Assembly: GCA_050273025.1 (NCBI GenBank)
Contig: CP158635.1
Coordinates: forward strand, 32,426,001 to 32,490,000
Reading direction: 5' to 3'
Source: Cenococcum geophilum
Lineage: Eukaryota
Length of the DNA: 64,000 nucleotides
Part shown: positions 13,790 through 27,400 of the stretch, piece by piece
Layout of the letters: the number at the start of each line of letters is the position of its first letter
Numbering within the stretch: position 1 is the stretch's first letter
Notes under the pieces: model-generated
What the model was told of the DNA's origin: nothing
The model's input: only the letters and a program-made list of their open reading frames with translations
Databases searched by the model: none
Translations under genes and position numbers: made by a program

Positions 13790-14090
13790 TGGTCCTATAG
13801 GATTTTTAATCCTAAGCTTACTTCTGTCTTAAGCTTAGCTCTAGCCTTAGTTTAATTAGGCTTTACTAGTGTTCTTATCTTGTTTTAAGAGTCTTAAATT
13901 TTACTTATCTTGTCTTAAGAGTTTTATATCTTTAGGAAACTTCGTCCTAAGCTTATTTATATATTACTAAACTAAGCTATTACCCTACTCTATTAGTTAT
14001 CGTCTGTTATAGGTCCTTAGGCTTACCTTATCTTATCTTAAGAATCTTAGTTATCTTGTATCTTATCTTAAGAGTCTTAAGTCTTTAGCC
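13790..14090. repeat. Degenerate short-period low-complexity array inside the family B gag-pol region
   Basis: Recurrent tcttatctt / gtcttaag / gcttag units; the counterpart lies at ~57420-57710. Confidence 0.7.
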
Positions 14091-17000
14091 TTTTGCCTTT
14101 ATTAAGTGCTAAAGTAGTTTACTATCCTACTTCTTTTATATCTTGTGAAGTAATAGATATTATATCTAGTGGGGTCTTAATCCCTACTAATGTTCCTTAC
14201 TCTATAGTAGAATTATCTTCTACTTCTTATATAACATTTCTAAGGTTTATATACTTTTAGTAAGCTACCTTCGTTGCCTTATTATTACGGAATGTTTTAC
14301 CTACGTTAAACTTATTATCCTTAATGTCCGATCTGCGAACTAGTTCGTTAGTTCCTTTATATTTTATAGGTTTTAGCTCTTATAGCTAATAGCTTACGCT
14401 ATACTTAGCGTTTTTATAAATTTAGTATGCGTTATTGTAACAAAACACAAAACTTTTAATTAAATATTCTTTCGTTCCTTATAGCATATTATTATCCCTC
14501 TATATATATATGTCGTCTGCTAGTTTTATCCCTTTTACTATATAATGGTTCTAACCACTCTTATAGTCTTTAACGTAATAACTTTACTTTCCATAATTTA
14601 TATAAGCTCCTTCTTTAAACTATTTTTCTTATTATAGAGTCCGCCTAAATATCTTCTGCTACTAAGATCCCTAGTTTAGCCTCTGCTCTTTAGACCTTTA
14701 ATTACTTAATTCTTATCCTCTAGGTTTCTATAATTTCTTATTCTATCTTTTAGATTCTTTAGTACTACTTAGGTCCATTAGCTCTGCGCTATACTATAGT
14801 TTTTAACTTTAACTTTATTATTGCGTGCCCTGCGCCTTATACGACTGTGAAACTTTATTCTAACCCTTCTTAGTCTACTCTCTTTAGTAGATCCTATTAT
14901 TGATTTTAATTGCTTAATTAATTAAATTCCTAAGAGTATCCGCATCTTTTATTAGAATAATTATATCCTAGACTTTTGCCTTAAGTCCTTACTTATACTA
15001 TGCTATTAGCGCCTTATTATTTTATTTAACCTATATTACTAACGTTTAAAACTGCGTTGTGTACTTAATTACTGAAGTCCTTTATACTAGGTTTTAAAGC
15101 TTTCTTTCTACTATAATAGTTGCCTTTAAGTCTCCAAATATCTGCGTTAATTATTTTATAAACTTATTCTAACTTAAGAATATATACCGGACCTCCTGGT
15201 TAGTAGTTATTATACTATATTCTTATATTTCCGTAAGGTAAGATTTAAACTACTTAAGTGCTCTTCCTATTAAGAATAATCCTATGTAAGCGACTTGATC
15301 TATAGACGTTTCTAGTTTAACTTTTTCCTATATAACTTTAAAGTGTATTTATATAAGGAATCCTTTAAGCTTTAACTTTTCTCCTAAGAATTGCTTAATT
15401 AAGGGTAACTTAACCTTAGCTGCTCCAATCCTACTAATCCTTTCTTTAAATATTTTATTATTGTCTATTAATCGATTAACTATTTCCTATAACTGTCTAA
15501 TGGTGACTAACTAAGAGTTAGTATCTTCTGCTATACTAGTATTATTACCTAATCTCGATATAGTTGCTGCCGTTGACGGCGTTGTGGCTAATACTTTTGG
15601 TGGCATATTGTTTAACTTTGTTAATACTGTAACCTTAGTAGTAAATGTATAACGAAGCCTTATAGTAGGAACTACGGTGGACTTGTTAATAGGCTAGGTA
15701 TATAGGTAAATAAGAAGTTAACAACGTAATAATAACTGGTGGAGTAGTTGCCTAATAGATTAACTCTAATTATATTTTAAGATTTACTATAAAGGAGAGA
15801 ACTATTTAGGTAGGGACTATAGTCCTTTAAATATATAACCGTACTCCTAAGAAATCCCCTTTATACGTAAGGTACGTGTTATACGTATTATATATACGTT
15901 CCCTTTATATACCGCGTATACTGCGTATAACGTTATATAACCTTAGTTACTATTCCTCGTTATATAGCTCTATTAGTTCCATTCTAGACTGTGCCTAAAT
16001 TAACTAACTAGCTTCTCCTAACTCTTCTCTAAGTAGTTATAACATTGTACTTAAAGTGTCTGTAATAGTAGTAAGTATATAAGCTAGAGCTTTTACCTAT
16101 TATAGTACGGCTCTACCTAGTCTTTTATATCTCCCTACTAGAGCCTTATAGGTTATGCCTTAGGTTTTAACCCCTAGTAATAAAAGAGCTTAAGGAAGGC
16201 AGCTAGGAAGTAGAAGTAATTATCGCCTACTAGAATCGTGCTAGACAACTATAGTACCTTATTAAATAGCTAGAATGGTTAAATAAGTATAATAAATAGA
16301 AATATAAGACAGAACTTAAGAATTATTAATAACTGCTAAATAAGTACCGTAAGCGGGACACCCTAGCCTTATAGCTAAAGCGTAGGCGAAAAGTAAGTGC
16401 CGCTATTAAAATATAACCTATATTAAAGCGGAGCAGAGGACGTCCTAAGGGATTAAAGAATAAGTAACGATTGCTATAAGAACTATAGCCTTAATTTAAA
16501 AAGTACCCTTCCTAGACCTAGTCCGTTACTCTATACTAGCTAAGCAGATTATTTATATATTAGAAAATAAGCCCGTCTATAACTAGGGTCTATTTAACTA
16601 GGGTTTATAACCTACTAGTAACCTGCCGGTAGTAACCTATACCAATAACTTATATACTATTCTATATATATACTACGTAGATAACGTATAAGGCTAAAAT
16701 ATAGGTTAGTGGTAGGTTTAATGGGTATATAGCCTTACTATCCTAATCTGGCTATATATAAATAACCTATAACCTACCTATAAAGTATATACAGCGCTAC
16801 GCTAGTATAGCGTAAGGCTAAAGTAGGGTTAGCGGCGGATTTAATAGGTATATAGCCTTACCGTTTACGAATCTGGCTGTATGCGAATAACCTATAACCT
16901 ACCCGCGAGGTACTAGCGACCTACCTATATAAGCAAGCTTTAGAATATTTCTAGTCTACTAAATTTAGGCAATAGTATTAAGCTTTACTAGCTTTACCTA

Positions 17001-17517
17001 TTAAATAGACTAATTAGGATTTTCTATACTAGGTATATAAAATCGCTATTAATTTAATTAAATGCGGGGGAGTCTTGGCAAGGCAAATCTAACTAATTAG
17101 ATAACTTTAACCGCTAGTTAAAGTTCCTTAATATCTTCGCGCCGCGTATATATACCCGTCTCTTTATATATAAAATTAAGACGCTCTTTCCCCTCTAAAA
17201 ATTTTTCCTTATTAAGGTTTTTTATAGGGTTTTATTAAGGCGTAAGTATATAAAGGATTGGGAATAACCCTTTTTAAAGGGGGGGCATTATTAGGTAAAA
17301 CCTAAGTAGATAGTTATATAGCTGTAAGGTATAGGCGACCCTAGGGGTAATCTAGGGATAACTTGCCTGTAAGGTACGTGCTCTATATATACCTAAGGAA
17401 AACCCTTCCTACCTCGTATACAGACTCCTCCTTTTCCCTTAAGGATTTGTCTCTGTCTATATAATATACCTATTATTCTATTATTGAACTCCCTATCCAT
17501 ATCCTTACCTTATAATA

Positions 17518-17821
17518 TTCTCCTTTAAATTAAGGATATTAGATATAATTACTTTATCTTATTTAAGGATAATAACTCTAGCTATGGCTTAAGTAAGAGT
17601 AATATTATTTGTATATAGAAGCAGGAGTATAGCGTTAATTACTTATTTAATGCCCCTAAGTCTCCAGACCTAAATATAATTAAAAATCACTAGTAGCTAG
17701 TTAAATAGTATATTTCTAAAGCTAACTACTAGGACAATAATAAGACTGTTAATTTTATATATAAAGGATAGAACCGTATAAAGTAATCCTTAATTAATAA
17801 GTAGGTAAGATTTATACTAAG
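17518..17821 (+). mobile_element. Tc1/mariner transposase fragment (catalytic C-terminal part), RIP-inactivated
   Basis: De-RIPped FILFEDNDSGHG...NIIRIWKQ...FNAPKSPDLNIIEN.WQ. It continues after the family C insertion at 35602. Confidence 0.8.
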
Positions 17822-18950
17822 TGTTATAGGATACCCCCGTAACACCTTATATATATCTACCTATTTTTACTAACTTAGTAACTAAAGACTAATTATAAAA
17901 CGGCAATTTACGGCAATCTAACGGCAATCTGCTATATTCTACTATACTCCGCTAAGTTTTACTAAATTTTATTAAGTTCTACTAGGACTACTACCCAAAT
18001 CCTATTCTGCTCTATATATATATTAACTAAGCAACTAAGCCAATAATATATATCCTTTCTTCCTATTTTCTTACCTTTTCTTCTTACGTAATGTCTTAAC
18101 CTTATTATACAGTTTATATATATAGCTTAATAATATTTACCTCGTTATATACTATCGTTACTTATATTTACTCCGTAATACTATATTATATTAACCACCT
18201 ATACTACTATTAAAATATAGAACGTACCTAAAGCCCCTATAATGGCAGCCGATATACTTACCGTGCTTAAAGAGCAGATAGTAGGTTTATAGACGTCCTT
18301 TATAAACGACCTCGCAGAATAAAAGGCCCAATACTAATAATTAATTAAAGCCCTTTAAGAAGAAATCCGTATCCTTAAGATACCTACGCTAGAACTTTAA
18401 GACTAAACGCTATCCCTAGAGGCCTATATACGGAACGCGAGCCCTAAACTATTAGTAGTTGTTTACCCCAAACTGACTACTATACTGCAATAATCTAAAA
18501 AACTATTAAACCCCCTTATAACGATCACCCACCAAGCCAAACGAACGCAACTAGCTAAAAAGGTACAGTGTCAAACCGAATGGTTTAACTGGCTCGGTAA
18601 CTAATATATATACGTTCCCTGTCGTTACCTAACACCCCTAATATTTACTGGTAAACAATAAGAGCTTTAGTTATTCTTAAGCTGGCTTAAAAATAAGCTA
18701 ACTAGTAATACTAACTGCTACCTAGCTAACTCTATTACGCCCTAAGTTAACTAGGAGAAAAGGTAGCTAACCTTATTAAACCTCTTTAGCCAAACTTAGT
18801 GTAAAGCCTAGTTAGACTTCTTAAAGCTATATATAGTAATCTAAACCGCTAGGCTACCGCTTAAAGGAAGATAAATTATATAGCTTAAGAAAAGAAAAGC
18901 CCCCTAGTATACTTCTCTAAATTTAACCATTACGTAAGGGAAATAGGCTA

Positions 18951-19374
18951 ATGTATTTGACTACTCCCTGGGCTATACTAGTCCTCGGGCCACTCCAAAA
19001 ACCACTAAAAATTAAGAAAATCGCATTTTAATATCTTGATAACGGCTTTATAATAAATTCTAAAATTCTATATCTAACCTTTAATGCCTATTCTAAGACT
19101 TTACTCTAACTTTAGAAGTAATTCATTTAGTAGTTCTAGAGGAATAGCAATTTAGTTCAAAATTGGGGGCTAAAACTCAATATCTTGATAACGGCTAGGC
19201 TTATTATTCTAGAACTTTAACAGAAGTCTTAGAATAGGTATAAAAGGCTAGCTATAAATTTTTAGAATTTATTATAAAGCCGTTATCAAGATATTAAAAT
19301 GCGATTTTCTTGATTTTTAGTAGTTTTTGGAGTGGCCTAAGGACTAGTATGGCCTGGGGAGTGGTTAAACACGT
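18951..19374. mobile_element. Second copy of the 424-bp long-TIR MITE
   Basis: Same length, orientation and internal sequence as 8746-9169; TA on both sides (18949-18950, 19375-19376). Confidence 0.95.
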
Positions 19375-21436
19375 TAGAATAACTCCGTACTAATTAGTAG
19401 CCTTATTAAATCCCTAAGCCCTAAACTAAAAACTTTCCTAATAGGCATAGACCTACTAGAAGCCCTTAGTGCCTATATAAATATTATTAACAAATAGTAT
19501 AATAATATACTACATCTAATATTAAAGCCCGCTCCTTAATACAATATAACAACCCTATAAGTCCCTACTAAGTTATCTTCTTAGCCTAAGTACCTTAATG
19601 CTATAGACATTAACTCTAGAACCCTAGAGTATGCCCTACTAGGGTCCCTTAAATAAGAATAACGTATTAAGCTAGGCCTTTACTTTAAATGCAGAAGCAA
19701 GGCTTACATCTTAAGATACTACTCCGTCCCTATACCCTAACAGCTAATACTAGCAGCCATTTACTATATTAATCCGCTTACCTAGTTTTAGCCCTATATT
19801 TAATAAGCACCACTTATAAGGATAAAGCTATAACTAATGTTCTATAGGAACCCCTTCCTACTTACTACTAAAAGGTGCATTCTAAAGTTAAGTCGCTCTT
19901 TAGGATAGCTATATTATAGGATCTCGTTAAATGCCTTAAATATTATAAATCCTAACTCTTAGAATTGTAGTATAACCGTTAACTACTATCTTTAGTAGAA
20001 AGGTTAATAGGCTAATACTTAAGTCCTAATTAATATAGGAGCTAGCGGTATAGAATTTATTAATAAGATCTTTATATAAAATAATAGGTTTACCCTAATA
20101 CCCCTTAACCGGTATATTAATATATTTAGATTTAATAGTAAACGCACTATTTTAGGCCGTATTATCCACGGAGTAGCTCTAAGACTTTAATACCTAAACT
20201 ACAAAGAATTAATTAAGCCTTTTATTAATACCCTAGGTTACCTAGTAATTCTTAAACGGCCCTAAATAAAGCTATATAAAGTAGTTATTAATTAAAATAA
20301 CCTTAAGCTTTTATTTACTGCTCCGCATTATAAGTGGGAATGCTTTATAATATACTATTCTAACCCTAAACTAAAATTTAGGAAATCTACTAAAATCTAT
20401 TAGCCTAAGATTTCTACTAATATCTACCATACGCCTAAGGAATTTACTAAATTCCACTAATGTAAGATTTTCACTAATATCTATTAAGGATTGGAAAATC
20501 CTACTAAACCCTATAAATTAATCCTAAGCACTATACTGCTTAAAGCTAGGTAGAAGCTTAAGCTTACTACGCGAAGATATTAAAAGGACTAGTATTCTAC
20601 TATAAAAATGATACTTAAAGAACCTAAACCTAAATCTAATACTAACTCTATATCTAATACTAAACCTAAAATTAAGTAAGAAACTATATAAGAAACTACA
20701 GATAACCAAAGCCTACTTAACGCCCTAGATATCCATATAAATAGAGCTACCCTACTAGCGCAACTTGCTAAGAGACCTAAATATATAATCTTCGCTATTA
20801 CTATAGCTAATATTAAGAAGGCCTTAATACTAAAGAATTATACCGACCCTACTATAAAGGTACTAGTAGAGTACTATAACTGCCTAGAGGTATTTTTATA
20901 AAAGGAAGCCGATAAGCTACCAGAATACTACCCGTATAATTATAAGATTATACTTAAAGAAGGAAAGCAGCCTAGATTTAAACCCCTATATAGAATATTC
21001 TAAAATAAACTCTAAGTACTATAGAAGTACCTAGACAAAAACCTAAGTAAAGGATTTATTAGAGTAAGCTCTTTACCTATAGCTGTATTAGTAATCTTTA
21101 TTAAAAAACCAAGTAGCGGACTATGTTTTTACGTAGACTACTAAGCTCTTAATGCCGTTACTGTTAAGAACTAATATCCGATCCCGCTAATATAAGAAAC
21201 GCTAAATTAACTAAGTAAGGCTTGCTTCTACATAAAGCTTAATATTATCTCTATATTTAACTATCTCCGTATTATAAAAAAAAGATAAATAGTTTACTAC
21301 TTTCCGTACCCGGTATAGATTATTTAAATACTTAATAATACTATTTAGCCTTATAAACGCTCTAAGCTCGTTTTAATATTATATAAATAATACCCAATAT
21401 CCCTACCTAGATATCTTCTATACTGCTTATATTAAT

Positions 21437-24400
21437 TAATAATTCATTACTTAACGTCCGATTCGGATCCCTATTAGGCCCACGCGGACTACTCCTTATA
21501 TACATATAGGGAGAAAACTCTATTTAAGAAAACCCTGTAATCCATCTTTCTACCTTTTAGGACTCGCCTATAAGGCGCCTACGGGGCGCCTATAAGTCAC
21601 CTATAGTGCTTCTACTACCTTACTTTTTAACCTCCTTAGGAACCACTACTGCCGTAACAAGCCTACGGACGCGCTAGTATTATATACTTTACTCTACTAC
21701 TATAGAGTTATTAGGGGGCACCCGTTGCTCGCCCCCCCCGCCCTCTATTACTATTTCCCTTATAACCCGGAACTAGTTTAGTATATTTTAGCTAATAAGC
21801 TATTAGGTAACCGCCTTAAGGCCTTTTTATATTAAGAGCAGTATATTATAGTTCTCTATGCCAGCTACTAAGAGTATTACTTTTTAGTTAGTGCGTAAGG
21901 GGCATAACAGTATTACATATTTTTGTATCTGTTTTAGCCAGCTATATTTACATCTTAGGCTACCTACTAGGATACCCACCTAGTAGAGCCAGTCTTTTAG
22001 TCCTATTATTTCTGTTCCTAAGAGTGTTGCTATTATATTTTCTGCCTTTATTAGGCCTTCTTAGAGCCCTAAAGTGTTTACCCCCTATAGCGTTAACTAT
22101 GCTACAGCTTAAGTTCCTCTTGCCTTAGTTAGCCTCTGTACCTTTAACTCCTATATATCTTTTTAGCGTTAGTCTAACCAGTATTATATTATAGTAGATA
22201 GTTTCCTAGCGTTTTTTTATACTCTACTTTAGCTCCTTTCTCTCTTACTATTATCTTTACTAGCCTCTTATACGTCTCCCTTTCTCCTCTATATAGGCCT
22301 AGGCCCTAAAGCAGCACTATTCTTCTTCTACTTTCTTTACTTATTTCTCTAATATATCTTCCCTACTTTAGGGTTATTAGTTTGTTCCCCTATAGGGCGC
22401 CCTAGGGTCCCCCTATAGTTTATTTAGGCGTGTCTTAATATACTTTATAACATTAGAGTTATATTTATTTTACGCCCTTTATATTATAGCGGCTTTAATA
22501 TATAGTTATAGGGGGGGAATATTGGCTTCCTTCTTAAGTAGTGCTGTGGCCGTTCGCTTATATGCGCCTATTATACTCTAAAGGCAGGCTATTTAGACCT
22601 TTTAGAGTAGTTTAAGGAGCGACTTAGGGGGGCCTTTTTTAGATTCTCTAATGGCCTAAATATTAGACCTATACGTTATAGTTAGCCGGACAACTGCTAT
22701 ATATAGTAGGCGTAACCTCTAAAAGCATGGACCCTATATAGAATTAACGATCCTAGATAATATAATGTACTATACTTAGCCCTTATAGGCTACTTACGCC
22801 GTATATGCGCTCTACCGGAGCTTACTATCTACCTATACTCCTAATACCCTTAGGCCCTAAACTGGTTAACTCCTAAAGCCTTAAATGCGAATTATATACT
22901 AGAAATCTATAGATTAGTTGCGTTTTCTTATAAAATGGATTAGCTAGTATTTCTCTGGTAATAATTAGACTCTATATCGTCTTGCCTATTCTATATAGGT
23001 GTTATAAGCTTTCTCTAGTATTCTACAATTCTCTGCGGCTATTAGCTCGTATATAATTAGGTTTATATTATTAATAAAGCCTATCCCCTAGGTCGCCCCT
23101 TCCTTAAAGGAGTTAAGTAGGTTGCTTATAAAGAAAAGGAAGAGTATAGGCAAGAGGGGTAATCCTTATGGTATTCCTGTTATAACTGTAATAGGGGGGC
23201 TCTAGTATCTGCTAGAGACTAGTAATATTTCTTTTTAACCTATAAACCCTTAAACAAATTATATAATCTATTCTAGGAAGCCTTTTACCCTAAGGATATA
23301 TAGAAGACGCTTATAGGGTATGTTATTATAGGCGCCACTAATATCTAGGCTAAGCATTAATACTATAAAGTCCCTTCGCATCGCCTATACAGATTTAATG
23401 GTGGTAGCGAGTAGCGTAAGTACTAATAGTGTTAAGCGGTTCTTTCTTGCCCCTATTTAGCTCTATAGTAGTAGGGCGTATTTCTTAGCTATATTTACTA
23501 TATAGTCCGCTATTACCTTTTCTAAGATCTTGCTAAGGGTGTTTTCTAAGGCAATAGGGCGGTAGCTTTCTGGGATTAAGTAATTTGCTTTACCTTCTTT
23601 TTATAGGATAACCGTTATTATAGATCTTCTAAGTTATAGGTAGTAGCCTATAGCAAAGTATGCTCTAGCTATATCTGTAAGCTAGGGTGCTATAAATAGT
23701 CTATAGGTCTTTAGGGCCTTATTTAGGATCCTATCTAGTCCTAGTACTATATTATTTAAAAAGTGGCTAATAGTTCTGGCCATTTCTTCTGTTATTATAT
23801 TGCTATTGACCTACAGGCGAGTTACTAGTGTTTTACCTATAATGTCACTAAGGTCTGCTAGAGCCGGTTAGGGGAAGAACCTTTTTATAAGGATCTTTAC
23901 CTTCTTATTATTATTGTTAGTGGCCTGTAATTCCCCTACTCTTTATAGGGGTAATAGGTGTAGGTCTTCTGCTAGTCGCCCTACCTTTTTTTTTTTACCT
24001 ATTTTACTATAGCCCATAGGCCCTTATTATAGGGGAGGCTCGAATTAAAAGTATGCTTATTTATAAATCGTCTCCAGTTATTCCTTACTTCTTTTTTTAG
24101 GGTATTCTTTAACTAGTTTCTTATATCTTTATATTATCTCTTATCTTTAAGGTTATAGCTACTTAAGTATTTCTTTCTTACTCGTCGTTAGCTAGCTATA
24201 AGAACCGCGTATTATGCGGACCATATATGTCGCATATAGGGGCCCGGTTTTAAGACCGGGCAGTACTCTTTTAACCTATTTTTAATTGCTGCCTAGATCC
24301 TTTCTAGTCTTTAGTCGATTTCCTTAGGGGTAGCTAATAAGCCTTACTTATTTAGTATCGGGTAGATTTCTTCTAGGTCTTAGAGTTGTTGTTTAACTAT

Positions 24401-27400
24401 ATTAAGGAAGCTATCTGCCTTAAGCATCCTTATTACGTATCTTTTACTATTTAGTTACGCCTTAATATCTAAATCTAGCTATATCTGGATAGGGATATAG
24501 TCTAAAGTAAGTGCCTATTCTTTTTTAGGGTTATACCTTTTAAGTCTCTGGTATAGGCCTTCATCCATAAATATAAGGTTAATTATACTTTTGGCAGATC
24601 CTTGTTGCTATATAATTGCTCTAGGGGGGGTAGCCAGCTTAAGGCCCTAGGTATCTATAGCTTTTAGTAGGCACTCTACCTATTATTTAGCAGCAATATA
24701 AATACCCCCCTACTATAGGTAATAGAGGTTTATATCTCCTAATAGGATAGACTCTGTGCCTTTGGTTTTAAGTAAGCTTATTACTAATATAATATTCTCT
24801 ATTTATAGGACCCCTTTAACCCTAGGGTTATATACATTAATAATTTATACCAGTCCTCTATATATCTAGATTGTTATAACTATAATATCTAGATTAACTG
24901 CCTACTATAACTATAAGGATAGGCTAATAGTCTTACTAATTATAAAGCACATGCATATAGCTGCTTTTAGTTTATATAGGAGCTAGAATCCTTAGGGGCA
25001 GTATATTAATTATATATAGGTATTATAGTACGGCTCTTATATAGTAAGGATATAGTATTTCTCTAGGTCTAGGCTGTCTAGTAAAGGCCTTATAAGACGG
25101 TGGTTTGTATTGCTATAGTTATACTATATAATGGATAGGTGGCGGACCCCTAGTAAGGGTCCTTTACCTCTTTATCGTTCCTTACTTCTTCTATTTCTAC
25201 TTTCTCTAGGATATTTAGAACTTCTATCTCTTATATCTACATCCTAGTTACTACTTATTTTATATAGAGCTTTTTATTCCCGTGTTTTGTGTTCCTACTA
25301 GCGCTTTTATATTTAAATCTATTATTATCTCCAGTTCTTCCCCTATTCTTACTAGTTAGCTATACGCCCTTTAAAAGTTGGCTACAAATGTTATATTTAC
25401 CGCGTTAAGTCTAATTCTTAATTATCCTGGTTTTAAGCTTACTATAGCTATCTATAAGGGTCTTCCTATAGGGCGTCCTCTCCTTTATATCCTCTATAAC
25501 CCTTATATCCCTATATAGTCTAGTAATATCGCATAGCATCGCTTCTAGCCCGTTAAGGCTTGGGATAGCTAGCTTAGCCCCCTAGTATTAAAGGTAGGGA
25601 ACGCTAGAAAGGCACCTACGCCCCCTATTACGGCACTGGCAGAACTTAGTAGAACTTAGCGGAACTTTACATCGGTAAGTTGCCACAGATTGCCACAGAT
25701 TGCCGCATATTGCGATTACGTAACGCGAAGATCTTATAAAACACCGAATGGCGCTACTCTTCTTCTCCTTTTCTTTCCCTAGCTTTAGATTCTCGTTTAT
25801 AGATAATCTAATTATATAGGCTTGCGCGACCCTTTTACCGTACTTATATCTCAATTAATTAAGTCGCTAATATTATCTAAAGCTTACTCTACTCTTTCTT
25901 TCTAAGAAGGAACTTAAATATATCTATAAGAACACAGAATAGGACCCTAAGGATATTACTAGGACTATAAGGACAGGACCTAAAAGAAAAGAACAGAACC
26001 CTAAGGAAAGAACCTATAAGATACGCATAGACTAAAACCCCTAAAGAAATTACCCGGAATTACCTAATACCCCTACCACTATGCCACAAACTATAGTAGT
26101 AGGTAAAGCAGCTGTAGAACCCTTAAATACTTTAGACAAAGAAATAATTAACGTTTTAACCCCCTAGGCGGAGCTTACGGCTGCTAATACTAAAATTAAA
26201 TAACTGCGAGAGCTGCTTAAAGCTAGAGATACCCCTATATCTAATAATAAGTTATTATTAGATAACTAAAGACTTACTATAGTCCTTTAGGCCCTATCCT
26301 AGCGCCTTAGTGGATCTACTAAGGCCTATATAGCACTAAAGTGGTTAATAAAGGTCGCGGATCCCCTGCTACTTATAAACGGAACCAACCCTATATTTAA
26401 TAATTAGAAGCTTTAATTACGGGATAAGCTTAAAGTTAATATAAACCACTTTCCTAACGCCTAAGCTAGAATAGCCTACGTTTTCGGCTATACTAGCGGA
26501 GACACCTAGACGTATTTACGCCCGCGATATACTAAAGACTTAGCAAACCCCTTTATCCCTAAAGAAGAAATAATTAAATACTTATCTTTTATTTATAAAA
26601 ACCCTTTTAAAGTATAAAACGCCCGCCTTAGCTATAAAAGCCTAAATATAAAAATAACGGAGACCTTTTCGGCCTTCTAAACCCGCTTTTTATACCTGGC
26701 TAAATAGGCCTAGATCCCCTAGAAAGACCTACTACTAGACCTCTTTAATAAGCTTACCCTAGACCTACAGCGGGCCGTATTACTAGCTTATACTACGGTA
26801 TAAACGTTAAAGGAACTTATGGACTATTACCTAGCTATTAACTAAGGCCTCTATTAAATTAAGGTACGCGCTAACTAGCTAAAAACTAGAAACCTTATAA
26901 ACTAGGCCGCAAGTACTATAAGTACGGCCTATAGTGCCCTAGTATAATCGGCAACTCCTATAGTTAACCCAGCAGCTAGCCGCGTAGCTACCCCTACTAT
27001 AGGCCTAGTGTACACCCGGTCTATATATAGCGACCCCTATATATAGGCCCTTAGCGATTAAGGAGCTTGCTTCTTATGCGGTTAAATAGGCTACTTTATA
27101 AAAAACTACCTAATAAAGGTAAAGATAAACGAGGTCCTATTAATTTAGGAGGATAGTATAGAGTTAAAAAAAGAGGAACCCTAAAGAAAGACTTCTCTTT
27201 AGGGTTAAAAGGGATTAATATGTTATATATTAATCTGGGTTGGCTAGTTAGTAAAAGAAGCTATACTATCCCTTATACTTTATTTCGCAATAAATATTAA
27301 GTTTTAACCTCTGCTTTAGCTAACTTAGGAGTAAATACCTTTACCTTAATTAATACAAAGTGCGCTATAAAACTGGCTAACTTTTTAAATATACCCTTTA

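Larger units (their letters stand above)
7631..16067 (-). mobile_element. Ty3/Gypsy family B copy 1, full length, RIP-inactivated
   Basis: 420-bp LTRs at 7631-8050 and 15648-16067; TSD gcagt/gtagt; PPT complement ctatctccctcctc at 8051; gag ATG near 15607; colinear (reverse complement) with 55762-63321. Confidence 0.93.
5366..17517 (+). mobile_element. Ty3/Gypsy family D, 3' part (RT thumb, RNase H, integrase, chromodomain, PPT, 3' LTR ~17289-17517), interrupted by family B copy 1
   Basis: De-RIPped motifs: EWPEP..RDIQVFLGFANFYRRFI (5367+), VITDASDY (~5670), YDKELL (~5805), STAFHPQTDGQTERQNQ (~7120), chromodomain (16204-16330). Polypurine tract aaagggggggg at ~17276-17285. Confidence 0.88.

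Noticed and set aside
8600..25854. ORF-track hits 8600-8821, 13502-13729, 20524-20709 and 25588-25854
   Set aside because: Chance frames in RIPped TE or LTR sequence; some cross element junctions.
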